DNA from: Chlorokybus atmophyticus
Taxonomy: Eukaryota; Plantae; Mesostigma and Chlorokybus algae
Direction: 5' to 3'
Assembly: GCA_009103225.1 (NCBI GenBank)
Contig: RHPI01003369.1
Span: 1,826,017 to 1,890,016, forward strand
Length of the DNA stretch: 64,000 bases
Made by a program: the position numbers and the translations under genes. Every line of letters begins with the position of its first letter. The stretch's first letter is position 1. The notes under the pieces were generated by a model. It saw nothing but the letters and a program-made list of their open reading frames with translations, had not been told where the DNA came from and searched no databases. This document shows, one piece after another, positions 35,475 to 48,235 of the stretch.

Positions 35475-38400
35475 GAACCAGTCCCACGACAGCGCCGCCG
35501 CACCTACTCCACCTCCTGGCCCTCCCTCGCCGCCGCCGCCGCCGCCGCCGCGGCCGTGAATGCAGCAGAGTCGAAACGCTACACAGACTAGCAGAGTGAG
35601 GGAAGGTACCGCGAGGGAGGGGTGACGGTACGGAGCATGGGGCGCCGCATCATGCAAAAATCATGCCCATCGGGGCGGAAGGGCGACTTTTTCCGCTGTG
35701 TCCACTTGCCCTGCTAGGGACACCTGACGCGACGGCTCCGCCGCGCTGCGCCGGACGCGTGATGTCAGACCGCGCCTGCCGTGTCAAGCGGTGTTTCCCT
35801 TTTTTACGGCGCGCAACTAGCAAAGGACCGCACGCTCCCTGTGCCCCCATTCCGTCCCTCTAACCCTGACTGGATGAGAATCCCTGGCAGCACCGCTGCC
35901 GCCGGCCAAAGCATCCGGTAAAGTTTAAGAGAAAAATTACACGCTGGACCACACTTGTGTGGGCCAAATTGGTGGGCTTCAAGCCGCATCAGTGATGCAG
36001 TCTCACTCATGCCCTCGGCTCACATCAAGTGTCTCTTCCTGTTTCGTTATGTTTCCGGTTTGGCGAGTCATAGGTGACAATGGAGAAGTTTTCGTTACTG
36101 CCGAAGTGCCCTGGTCGGACGTATTGAATAGAACCGATTGCGGGCAGGTCTGGGGTGACGTCGCCGCGGCACAGTGACCGGCGCGCTGGAATGATTCTTC
36201 GGATCTTTGGTTCTGACCTCAGGCCGAGGTTACCGGCGCCACAACACCTGGCTACGGCGGATATTATCCCCTGTGCCACAGAAGATGCCAGTGCCCAGTG
36301 GGCACTGCCGACCCAATGAACGGCGCAACCAGGGGCCACGACGACGTCCCCTGACAGCCATGGTACCCTGGCACTGTGACCAATACGACGGCGTGGATAC
36401 CGCCGAGTCTGCCGCGGGCTCTTGACCTAGAGCGCGCAGTGTGCAGCCTGCTACACCTACCTGTGCATGCTGTGTGCCTAGAACACGCCGTCGAACCGTT
36501 GGGGCGGGGTCATCAAGTACAGCTGTACTACAGTACCTATGCAGAAGTACCCTGATTCGTAAGATCATGTGTGATCTTACCAGCACAGGCCTACTGGGGG
36601 GTCCCACTGGGGGTAGCATAGCCTATATCATGTACCCGCCTATAGTCTGGTACCTGGTAGGGGCGACTATGCATGTCATGATGTACCATGCTAGATATTG
36701 GTGGGCGCTACGGCTCGTGGGCCATAACTGGGCGGCACCACTATCATGAAGGTGCCCATTTAGTCAATGGGAGGGTGTTCTTCAATTCTAGCGGCAATGT
36801 CACAGTCAAGTTGAGACTCTCAATGCGTGTGACATTATGAACTCGGAATGTCATTTGTTGTGCTACGCGTACCTAGTTTGGGTACGATGTGCAGTGCTGC
36901 TGTGGTATGGTGGTGGCTGGCGTGACCGGCAAAGTGTCGCAAACGGTCGCGACTGACCGCCGAGTCCGAGCCTTGCTGAGGCACAGGGAGTACGCCCCTA
37001 TTAGGTCGAACAGAAAGTGGCTGGGTTATCTGCTGCCTCATCAGTCGCGGGGTGCCAATACCTTATTGGCCCTACACTCAGAGAACTTCACTCAAGTTGA
37101 AACCAAGTTCTGATCATGCGACTGGCACTCACTGCACTGGGCCATGGCCACCGGTAGGCCTAAGAAGGCCTAGGTAGGCATTTGGCCAATGGTACATCGA
37201 CCAAAGCAATGTGGCTCATGGGCCATGAGTCATGGCGTTTACATCTCAAGTTTCGTGGAACCCTAAGGCTACTTTGTATGCAACGTACCGTAGTGCTGCG
37301 AAATCTTCATCAAAGAGGCCTTGTAAATTATATGAATTCTTCTGCTAAAAGCCCGCATCCTAATGTGTTGATGTAATATATGCATATGTTCAAGCGCGAA
37401 AAGACTATTAAGATTGTTAATTTAATATTGTGCCCGTGCGAAGTTATTTATCTGTAAAACATTTGTGGTACGGCATATATATGCCGGTATATGGTGAAGC
37501 AGACTTGTATAGACCTATCATATGTATTAATTGCAGCATTAAATAACCTGAGTTAGCCATTGTGTTGTTATACTTTATACCTTACAGTCAATAATAATAT
37601 TCACGCTCAATGCATGTTTAATGCTGATTACGAGCTAAATGAGCAATTTTAAACAATCTTAATGGGGGTATCAGCAATGGCGGCGGCGATGACGTTATCG
37701 TTGATGATACATGCAATGACGATGAACATAATGCATTCAAAATGCTGCTCATCATGTTAAAGTGGTAGGGTGGTGGTAGAGTATAATAAGTTGCCATAAG
37801 CAAAGCCATAAGCAGAGCAACTGCGCATGCCAATACTATACTTACTGCGCATGGCCGTCGAGAAAACGCAGAATGATCTTGCATGGCATGTAAGCTCTAT
37901 AAAGAAAGAAGCAGATGTTGTCGCATTTGGATAGATTTCAAGCGATTATATTTGCACGCGACTCTCCTGCGGATTCCAAACAGCTGCAAAACAATGTTAG
38001 AACCTAGATGCCCAGAGAAGGGCAACTACAGGTTTTAACATTGTACATACAACATGTGAAAGTCATCTGTTGAAGCGTTGCATAATCTTGCACTCAGCTG
38101 CCAGAGCGTTTTAAGGGGCGCGAGCCTGACCAACAGCAATCAGTTGTGCATTAGAAATGGTAACAGCCCTCTCAGCAAATGGAGGGGCATACTTAGTAAG
38201 GACCCGCGCGCTTGAGTGCCGATTAATTTGGTTCAGCTGGATTACGAGGATTGAAGATGAAGTCGCGTCAGCACGAGGTACATTTGCAACAACAGAGGTT
38301 CTTTCAGCAATTAATTGCTCTCAGCATCTGGTGATGCTGGAGCCAGAATATGGTTGTCGTCAGCGGTAACATACTGCAAGAGTTGATTAGATGGTCAGCT

Positions 38401-39658
38401 AATCGGTCAATGCACACATTCAACAGCAACAGTACAGCAGCAGACGAATAATATAGCATGCATAACTGACATAGCTGCACGATACGGAACACGGGTACAA
38501 CAGGGTATCAATAATAAATACTTGATGGTATGTAGGTGATTTGCATAAATATGACTTGGATACTACATTTATGTGCAAAGTGAGCAAGCGACAAGTTACA
38601 ATTTGCAATAAACGCCGTAAAAGTGCAAGGTAGCAATGTGAAAGCTTAAGCTCTCACAACTCTGGGAATACATCACCAACATTGTCAAATTTGGAGTCCG
38701 ACACCCGTGACATAAAATCCTTCTCATACTTAATGCATTTCACTCAATTCATCAACACTACGTTAAGCAGGAAACGTAGCTAGCACCTGGCATCTATCTG
38801 TGGTCTGGTCGTAACATATCATAGTCTAGCCGGATTACATAAGATTGGATTCCCTACCTAATCGTATGGTCTGTCCAATATCTGTCGCATCTACTCGTAG
38901 GTAGCATAGTCTGTGCACGACATACTTATCGTACCTAGCACAGTTAAGCCAGTCAATCTCTAGGTTATGTAATTTGCCTAGCAGATACCTGATACTATCG
39001 CTAGACAAATATTAGACCCGCAACCACTAGCGTCATTCTGAAGCATCCAAAGTATCTAGCGCTTAACTGTTGCCTTTGGTTTTACGATATAAGTTGAGTT
39101 ACGCTAACTTTTGCTGAAGATACATAATGGATTACATGAAATTTGTAACTCGATTGCTCGGTTCGAACTTGAAAGTGACGCCGCCGCCACTGCCATCGGT
39201 GAGCATGTTCAGCAAAGGCAGTTGGCGGCGGATATGGCAGCGGCAGGGATGGTGGCGGCGGCAGCGGCTGTAACAGTCGAGGCCAAATTTCATGCTTTTG
39301 AGACCTTTTTAGGGCCATCCATCGAGCACCACGTTTTCATGACTTGTGGCAGATATCGGCGAGTTACGAGTGTGCCACGAATCGACCGGGGCCCCAGGAC
39401 CAGTCCGGAAGGTGCTAGAAAACGGAGGGCCAGTCGAGAAGGGCTCGACCAGATTTCTTGAAGGGCCTGGTGCCAAGTAGTATAACTTGACTATATGAGC
39501 ACCTACTTAGGAGATCTTTAGTGCGTAAGAAAGGTTCAGAAGTATATTACAAGGTTCTGCAATAACATCTTATCATCTAATTTAGCGTAGCACGGGAATT
39601 GTCTAGACAGTAGCATGTGGAGACTGGTATAAAAGCGACATTCTACAATGTGCAATAC

Positions 39659-39946
39659 TGTAAGAAGCGGGGTGCTGCCGCCCCCTTTTATCCCCTACCC
39701 CAACACCACCACCACAGCAACGTTGCCGCCGCCGCTGGCAGCCAGGGGATCGAAAGATCCCCTGGTTATGGCGGTCGCTGCGTTAGCAGCACCGCCATGC
39801 GGTCGATATCGGTGTTGCATAACATAACACCTTGTAAGGGCCTATGAAGGCCCTCATACGACTCCAATGGCTGTGTTTATTCCGTTGGGACTCTTATTTC
39901 TCATTATATTGGGTGGGGAACTGCATAACGGTAGCACTCCGTTACA
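39659..39946 (-). mobile_element. Solo LTR of a second family (family B) inserted in the decayed family-A LTR
   Basis: Interrupts GCAATAC|AACCTTTAG of the host LTR, has TG...CA termini and is homologous to 42014-42354. Flanks AATAC and TTTAC match only 3/5, so the TSD is imperfect. Confidence 0.8.
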
Positions 39947-40125
39947 TTTACAACCTTTAGCTCCCTGGTTTTTTGTGTGCAAGCCTATGAAGGCCCTCAT
40001 ACGACTCTAATGGCTGTATTTATTCCGTTGGGACTCTTATTTCTCATTATATTGGGCGGGGAACTGCATAACGGTAGCACTCCGTTACATTTACAACCTT
40101 TAGCTCCCTGGTTTCTTGTGTGCAA
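39840..40125. repeat. 143-bp tandem duplication across the solo-LTR/host-LTR junction
   Basis: Units 39840-39982 and 39983-40125 are nearly identical and bounded by GCCT microhomology at 39840, 39983 and 40126. Confidence 0.92.
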
Positions 40126-41999
40126 GCCTGGTGGTGGTTAGCAGGGGTTGCTAGCGAGTGTCCACTGGTGTGGGCTTGCTTGTGTGACGATCCATGGCGC
40201 TACACAAGTCGATGTGTAGCTTCAAGTGCGTGCGCATGCGTACGCGTGGCGGGGCGCGCGTGTGTGCTTGGCAGAGGGGGCAAGGTTCCGGTGTGAATAC
40301 CGTGCCTTGGTGAGAGGGTTGTTGGACCAACTCATAGGTGATAAGGCACGAGCACCGTCACAACTGGTATCGGAGCACGGTTTATGAAGATGAGAGAGAA
40401 AGTGTGTGCACGTTTGCACTTTTCATTCGGAAGCGGAATGTAGTGTGTTAGTGGAGATGGAGGATGCTCGCATGGAAGAGCTTCAAGCTGCCATCTTAGC
40501 ATTGAGGGAAGAGCTTCATCACACTCAAGCGGCGGCACAAGCACAACGCGAGGCGTATGAGCATGCGATGGCGCGTGTACAAGTTCCCATGGCATCAAGC
40601 TCGCGCAAGTGAAGATGCCAAAGCCCAAGCCATTCAAGGGTCAACGTAATGAAGATGCAGTAGGCCAATGGATTTTTTAAGTATCGTTCTGGTTGAAGCT
40701 CACGGAGGTGCCCACGCATCTGCACGTGGAGGTTGCAGCGACATTGCTTGAAGGTGCAGCACTTGTATGGTGGAGACATCGTTGTACGCGTGTTGCAAGT
40801 GGGTTGGCGCTACCATTGACCACCATGGAAAAGTGAGCTTTGGAGATCACCAGTTTGTTCCCGTGGAAAGTGTGAAGGCCGCACGCGATAAACTTGCAGC
40901 CCTTGTGCAAACGGGGTCGGTGACGTCGTACACGGCTATGTTTCCGCGATTGGTGATGTCCATACCCAACATGACCGAGGAAGAGCAGTTGGACAGGTAC
41001 ACACATGGTTTGAAACCTTTGGGACGCAAAGAAGTGGAGCTACGGGACCCTAAAACTTTGGCGGAAGCTATACGCATCGCGGAGCGTCTCGACACGCTGT
41101 ACTTCAAGTCTTTTGCAACAAACGCTGACTGGAGGCGTGGGAGCACGCAAGAGCGTGGTGCTCAGCCTAGGGGAAGCTTTCAACATGCATGGACACGAAG
41201 GGAACCAAGTTCACACTTGCAAAGGAAGGTGGAGCTGATTTTGGACCATCACCAATGGAGGTGGGTGCCGTATACACGTGTAACGGCGTGGCGAAGCACG
41301 GTGGACGTGGTAAGGCAGGTAGCAGCGTGCGCAAGTGTTACGTGTGCGGTTCGACAGAACATTTGGCGTTCAATTGCTCGAAGCGGTGCACGCAAACGTC
41401 TGCATCAGCTGGCAACACATATCGCGCAAGATGCATCAACGCAATGTTTTCACTTTGTACAACTCCACTAATTGACAATTGCAAATGACACGAGTAGTGC
41501 CAGTTGTGAATGGAGATTGCTTGGCCGAATAGAACAAGTCTGTTGGCCCCTCCGCACTGACTGGCGGTCACGACAGCCGATGTTGCCACCGCACTGCCCT
41601 CAAGGGTTAGAGCATGCGTGCGAATGCGTGCGCGCGCACAAAAACCTTCACACCCCCGCGAATCCATGCGGTGGCTATCCCACAAGCACACACGTATTGA
41701 AAATAATGTGAGTTATTAAGTGATGTGCTGGGATGCAATGCTTAGGGGTGGGCTGCCTGAGTGGCCGCCTTCCCTTCGCAGTAGTAAGCTAGGCTAGGCC
41801 AGGCAGCTATGCTAGGCTAAGCTAGGCTAGCAAGTAAGCAAACCTAGCTAGGCTACACCAGTAGCAGCGTTATACACAACAACTAACACCGCTACCCGTC
41901 CAAACACATGGGTGGCGGTGGCTGCTACTGCTGCCGCCGTCGCTGAATGCTCTGCGCCGCCGCTGCCGCCGCCGCCCCACAGGCCCCTTGCCTCCCCTT

Positions 42000-42354
42000 G
42001 CTTCGATACCAATTGTAAGAGGGGAGGGGGGGGCTACCGCCCCCTTGTAATCCGCTACCCCAACACCACTACCAGCCACGCCGCCGGCCCCCACCGCCAC
42101 CGCCGCTGCCGGGGCAGCTGCCAGAGCAAAAGATGCTCTGGCTATGGCGGCCGCTGCGTTTAGCAGCGCCGCCATGCGGCTGATATTAACGTGAGACATT
42201 AGTCTCACATCGATATCAGTGTTAGCGATAAGCTTACATAACATGAAGGCTATAAAGGCCTTAATACGGCTCAATTGGATGTTTGCTACCCGTTGGGACC
42301 CTTCTTTTTAACGAAATAAGGCGGGGAATCGCATAGCGGTAGCACTCCGTTACA
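42000..42354 (-). mobile_element. Family-B LTR (42014-42354, 341 bp) with Met-type PBS; internal leader continues leftwards
   Basis: Minus strand reads TGTAACGGAGTGCTACC...CCCCTCTTACA, AT, then TGGTATCGAAGC (42000-42011). No gag/pol recognised downstream in this window. Confidence 0.85.
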
Positions 42355-42513
42355 TGCTTACACGACGATCTAAGCTCTGTTGCGGTTTTCCTCTGGTTCA
42401 TAGCACAAAGAAAGCTCAATGCTTGCGCTGCAGTGGGACACGTGTCAATTCACTGACAGTGTGAGTGATGAGGCACGGCATGCATTATGAATGTGCTAGC
42501 AACCTTATTGTTG

Positions 42514-42559
<46 letters not shown>

Positions 42560-43910
42560 CACGCAGTAGGCTGCCTGCTTGCATCAAGCTACTCGGTTGA
42601 GCAGCTTGACGCAAGCTAGCAGGTAAAGAGGTAGAAAGAGCACCAGCAACAGGCAGCTGACAATACGCAGCAAGTTGCATGCAGTGACTGGTCCAATGCT
42701 GTAGCAATACCACTACTTACTTGCCGATCGGGGCTTGGCATTATATACACAAGCACTAAGGACATCGGAAGTCCCATCCGCACCACGGTGCTACGGAATA
42801 AGCAGCAGCGCATCAAGGGAAGAGAGGATGATCACCAACCTTTCATACAGCTCCAGCCCCATATACACCCACGCCTAACACACCCACACTCACACACACA
42901 ACACAACACCCCACAAGGGATGAGGGTGAGAGCCCCTTCAACAGGTAATAGCCGGGCACCCCACACAAATGGCCCTCAAGTGGTGAACACACTCTGATCC
43001 CTACTCAAGGTTGCTACTAAGCCTTTATACCAATTGCTGCTCTCCCGACCTGGCACACATGATATCCAAGGCCCAAGACCTTGTCACTGTGTGCTGACCT
43101 ATCAGCACAAGCCGACCTTGCCATCAACCTTACAATTTCAAACTTAGGTTAACCTATTACAATAGTACTTGCGGATTGACCACATGCATCAATAGCCTTA
43201 CGACCGTCACATTAGTGGCAAATCGCACTACCACAGTACAGATTATGTGGTTTGCCATCATGGCTCTCATTCGTTGAACCCAAAGTATTGTTGATTGCCA
43301 ACTGATGTGGCAATCCATAATACTTTGGGCTACATGGCCTCAGGTATTAATCAGCTTTGTGCAAGCCCTTATCGATGCCTTATGTAGTACTGTGTCCAAG
43401 ACTCCCAAGGCGACATGGTCAAAGTGCATCAGCACAGCTGCCATGCACTACACAACTTGACAACCGAAATCTTCACGTAGTTCTTCATGCTTACCTAAGT
43501 AAGAGACAGAGAATGACTTTGGCCAGCCTTATAAGCGTGACAAATGCACAATCATGCACAACGTTAACCATCGCCTGAGCGCCTGCCCGCCCGTCTACGT
43601 CAAGCCTTGGACATGAAGGCCGCCCTGGCGCCAGCTTGAGCTTTGCCGCCTGCATTGTTAAACGGGAAACTCTTAAGTTGTAAGTTACAAACTTGTAAGT
43701 TACAGACTTACGCTAAAGCCTCAATCAGCCCAATCTTCGCATTGTTGATTAAGTGGTTACGTATTTACAATAACAGACCTACGTAGCTTGACTTAATGAT
43801 TTCATCGGTATAAGTGTAGTTAAGCGTGCTGATTGAGATAACTTGTAAATCGCTTGTGCCCACGATATGCTAACCGACAAGTTAGCGATAAGGACCATAC
43901 TCACAATGAC

Positions 43911-43972
43911 ACAGGTGAGTCAGTACTTGTCAAGGTCTTTTGCAACCTGGATAAGTACTGACTCTTACCTGT
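43911..43972. repeat. 62-nt inverted repeat (about 26-bp stem, 8-nt loop)
   Basis: ACAGGTGAGTCAGTACTTGTCAAGGT-CTTTTGCA-ACCTGGATAAGTACTGACTCTTACCTGT; one 2-nt bulge, one G.T, one mismatch. Confidence 0.9.
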
Positions 43973-44063
43973 CGGTGGAAGCTTCTGCCGGGGGCTGCCA
44001 GCACTGCCGAGTCAAGCTCGGGATTTAGGGGTTTATGCTAGTCTTGGGGTTTAAAACTGTCTC

Positions 44064-44335
44064 ATGCCAATAATGGCATTCAATTATTTAGTTATTAATA
44101 CTAGCACAAGCTACTTATATTATTAATGGTTTGGGCTAGGTACAGTACTGGCACGGATTGTTAACCTCTTGCCATTGTTAGCACAGGATTTGTGGCATCA
44201 CAGGTCTATAATACATAGACCAGTAATGGCATAGTTTGTGCCAATATTGGCTTAAGCCATTTGCAAGTAGCCAGTACTGGCACAAGGTTGTCGGGCTAGT
44301 ACTGGCACGGGTTTATGCCAATACTGGCACGGGGC
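44064..44335. repeat. Cluster of 7-8 palindromic 12-mers, consensus GCCA(G/A)TA(C/A/T)TGGC
   Basis: Perfect GCCAGTACTGGC at 44270-44281 and GCCAATATTGGC at 44240-44251; variants near 44066, 44143, 44220, 44296 and 44317. Confidence 0.85.
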
Positions 44336-44939
44336 ACTAGACCCATGTGCTGGTCATGTTTGGATTTTATGAGATTGCATATCCAGTCACTCGCATGACA
44401 TTTTACCAGCTAGCGGCTAGCTCTAGACTAGGGTGCACCCTGATCCCAAGATTAGATATACCTAGTTTATTACCTAGCTTGTGTGCCTAAGAAACTCCAT
44501 TTTTTTTAGCTAGCTTGTCTAGCAGATTAGGCATATGCTGGGTGCGGACTAGGTAATTGATTTAGATAATGGTTGCAGCATTGCTTGAAATTAATGTGCT
44601 GAACACAGCAGTGCTAAAACGCGTGATTGCAAATGCATGCATAACAAGAGTTTATGGTGATAGCACATGCACGTGAACACATTCCATAAGGGCCTTGTCA
44701 ATTGCATCGTTAATGCGGGCTGCAACATACTTGGCATCTTTTATATGCCCGGTCTTGTTCACCGCGTTGATGCAGACTTAGCCTTTAAGACACACAATTA
44801 ACATGTAGAGTATTGGCCCAAACTGCATGTCCGTCCATTCATCACTTGCTATCGTGCTACCTGTTGTAAGGAGTGTAGGAAGGCAGGGAGCACAACACTT
44901 TTACCATACCTGATAATCATACACGCCGTAAAACACTCT

Positions 44940-45087
<148 letters not shown>

Positions 45088-48000
45088 NCCGTTGTCTTTT
45101 GAAGATCTGTGTGGCCAAGATGTGAGTTTGCGTCACCACACGCGGACCAAGGCGAGAGGCCCTTGAGTAAGCATGTGCAAAGTGGGAAGGAAATAGTGGC
45201 AAGTACTTATTGCGAAGCCAGAATGTGTTTGCATGAGATTGGGGTGCTTGGCTTAGCTGGTAAAGGGGCCTTCCTCTCTATGCTGGCAAGGGTGGTGGTG
45301 GGGGGGGAGGGGGGGGGTATTAGGCGTGAAGGTGTTGCTTGAGAGAAGGTTGCCCAGGGTCTATAACATCGGCGCCATAACCTCTAGGCTATGGCAGCAA
45401 AAGTCGTTGCCATATGAGGAGCCACATGCCATGTGATCATGTCCCATAACCATGGTATGACATCATCTCTCCTTGCTGCACTTGGTAGCGAAGCGATCGA
45501 CAACCAAATGCTACATGTCTTACCATCAAACAATGTCTGTGCAACAATAAACGTTTTGCCCTTTGCATGTTGATTTGAACAAAGCCGTTGCATGCATAGA
45601 ACTACATGGGACTGTACATGTGAATGCATGTTGCCAGCTGATGGTGCACGTACACAGGTTAGTGCATGATGCACTGTGCATCATGCACTCATCATTTTCT
45701 TGCCATGAGCATGCCATGATGTGATGTTACTTTTGGAAGTGTGTCACACATTTATGTATAACACATATGATACGCACCAACTCCAACTTGCATTGCATAT
45801 TGTGTGCCAGTACAGTTTGACACTAATTTAGTAGATCAACTTTTCTTAAAGAATGACATGCTGTTGGTCTTGCAGTTGTGCACACGCACGCATGTGACAA
45901 CACAAAAACCTGAATCCACATGCAATCAGGTTGTGTATGCAACATGCAATGAGGTTTTCCTGAAAATGCTACATATAGTATTGCAACATGTCAATCGTTA
46001 TCATCTAAAACCATAAGCATACTCCCCGCAAGTTGTTTCAACCCTGTCTGGAAACAAACTTTGTGCACTACACTTATGTGAAACATGTTGTGCGCTTGCA
46101 AGCTTGAAATCGTGCACGTGTAACTTGCACATGCATAACATATTTGAATGGCCTTTAAGAATATACACTTGCTTGCTTTGTGACCCTGCAAACGTATGTA
46201 CAAGCACAAGCTTTTTTAAGATATAGAAAAACGTGTTTTGAACATGTTCTCTATATAAAAAGGTTCACATGTGAATGAGTTGAGCACTTTGATATCCTTT
46301 GATCAGGCATGTTGTTGATATTATCAAGTTGACTGCCAAGCATTCTTTGACCAGTTTCGTACCAAAACATCAAACCATGACTATCATTGTGAGTAAAACG
46401 CATGTTTAACTTGTAGTAATTTGCATAATAGACTTCGTTAATAACATTGCCTACTTGCATGAGTATTTTATGATCTATTATTTGTAGTTGGTAAACTACA
46501 CTACATAGTATACAATAAGCTAGTGCATTACATCCGATTACATTACATCCATAATGCACTACAACTATGCATGGACTATGATAGTATCACTGCAATAGCA
46601 TTTATAATATATGTGTAATGATTACGCTGTAATGCATGATTGTATAACTTACCGTGCACATGAAGAATATATCAAAAATCAATTGCAGATGATCAGCTCA
46701 GATGGGCTTACACATGCTGTTGTGCTTTCATATGCTGCTTTTGCTTTTGCTTCAGTTGCTTATACAGATAATGCCATCAATGCTTTGATTTAAGCTATAA
46801 ACATTGCAATGTTATGCGAAATCGTTTCCCCTTTTGCATATAAATGAAGCGTTGCTATTGCATATGAGGCGCTTTCTCATGTGCAAGTGATTTAATCTTT
46901 CGAATGCCTTTTGACACCAAGATGTTTCAGTTACAGATTGCGTATACTATTGTCCATTAATGCATGAATAAACCATCATCCATGTTCATTGACACTTTAA
47001 TGGTGGCGCCTTACCCTTAGTGAGGGCCGCAAGGTACGTGTGGGCCCTCAGAATGAAGCAGCTCACAGACTTTTATTGGGAAACATGGGGCAATGCTTAC
47101 TGTGCAACTGCCCTACCCCCTAATGTAGGGCGCTAGATACTTTACATGTCAGGTATTACCGTATAGACACGTACAACTCTCACTCACTTCTAAGAGTTAT
47201 TCTTTATTTCAACCTTTTGGCTACACCAGCCATAAATGTCAATGTCCATTATTCTTACTACTGTTAACAAAGCCTGTAATACCCTATGAACATTACAAAT
47301 TGAGGCAATCGATAATAATCTTTCGGTTGTACGTGTCTACACGGTATCTCGGACTGTGGGTGAGCAAAATTACCATGCATGATACCGGCTCCATGGGGCA
47401 ATGCCCCAACCCTTGCCCCATCGATTGGGGGTGTTAAGGTGACATGGACAGGTGCATAACATGCACTGCAGACTCGGTAGGCCTAATGGACTGCATCTTG
47501 CATGCCCAGTGACCACCTGCATGTCTACAGCAGCCTGAGTAACACTGCAAGTGACTTTCCACCCCCGGTGTGCCGGATGCTGGCGCAGCAACCTGTGACG
47601 AAGCGGGAAAAAGTTTCCTCGACTGCCTGGCTGCCAGGCACAGGCTAAGGCCGCCTCTCTTTGTGTGCGTGCGTGTGTGAGAGGATGTGTGCGAGGTACG
47701 GCCGGAGTAAAGTGCGTCAGCCAATAGGCCTAGCTCAGCAGCACAGCAGCTTGCATGCTACGGCTGGCACTGCTGGCTTAGGGTTAGGGCTAGCCTGCTG
47801 CAAGTTTAGCAAGTATGTGCATTGTTAGCTGCTGGGCTCACTCATTGTGTGGGCCGCAGCAGCTCACTTGTCGATGTAACAGCTGGTCTGGTGGCGGCCT
47901 CCACCAAGCGAGCTTCACCCTCTGAGATCGATCAACAGTGATGATAGTGACGTGTGCGCAAGCGAGCATGCCCGGCTGCTAGGCGTGCCTGCGCACCCCC

Positions 48001-48235
48001 CCCTCTCCAGTAAGTGCGCCTTTGCGGCGGATAGACAGGGTGCACTGTGCAATCTCTGACAACCTGTGATTTGCTTTGCCAACGCATGTTGAAGTTGTGG
48101 TGTGCTGCGCCGTGCCTACAGGTTGCAATCCTCCGCTTGTTACAGCGCTGTATATCCAGCTTGCCAAGCAGCAGTGCATGGAAGGCAACTCCTTTGCCGT
48201 GTGACAGCAAGCAGCCTGTGCCCCTGAAGTATTGC

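Larger units (their letters stand above)
39269..41450 (+). mobile_element. Truncated, decayed copy of the gypsy family at 54570-60624 (LTR, PBS, broken gag)
   Basis: LTR starts TGTAACAGTCGAGGCCAAATT at 39269 and ends GCACCGTCACA at 40362. PBS TGGTATCGGAGC at 40365-40376. gag from ATG 40457 is frameshifted; CCHC knuckle CYVCGSTEHLAFNC is retained. Homology fades near 41450; no pol. Confidence 0.92.

Noticed and set aside
39659-42354. Hammerhead ribozyme (retrozyme) in the short family-B LTRs
   Set aside because: No CTGAnGA...GAAA core in the right arrangement on either strand by eye; other ribozyme classes are not excluded.
46251-46559. 102-aa AT-rich minus-strand ORF (also 6483-6770 on plus)
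   Set aside because: No recognisable motif; consistent with chance ORFs in decayed repeats.
47781-47792. TTAGGGTTAGGG telomere-like repeat
   Set aside because: Only two units; expected by chance in TAG-rich sequence.
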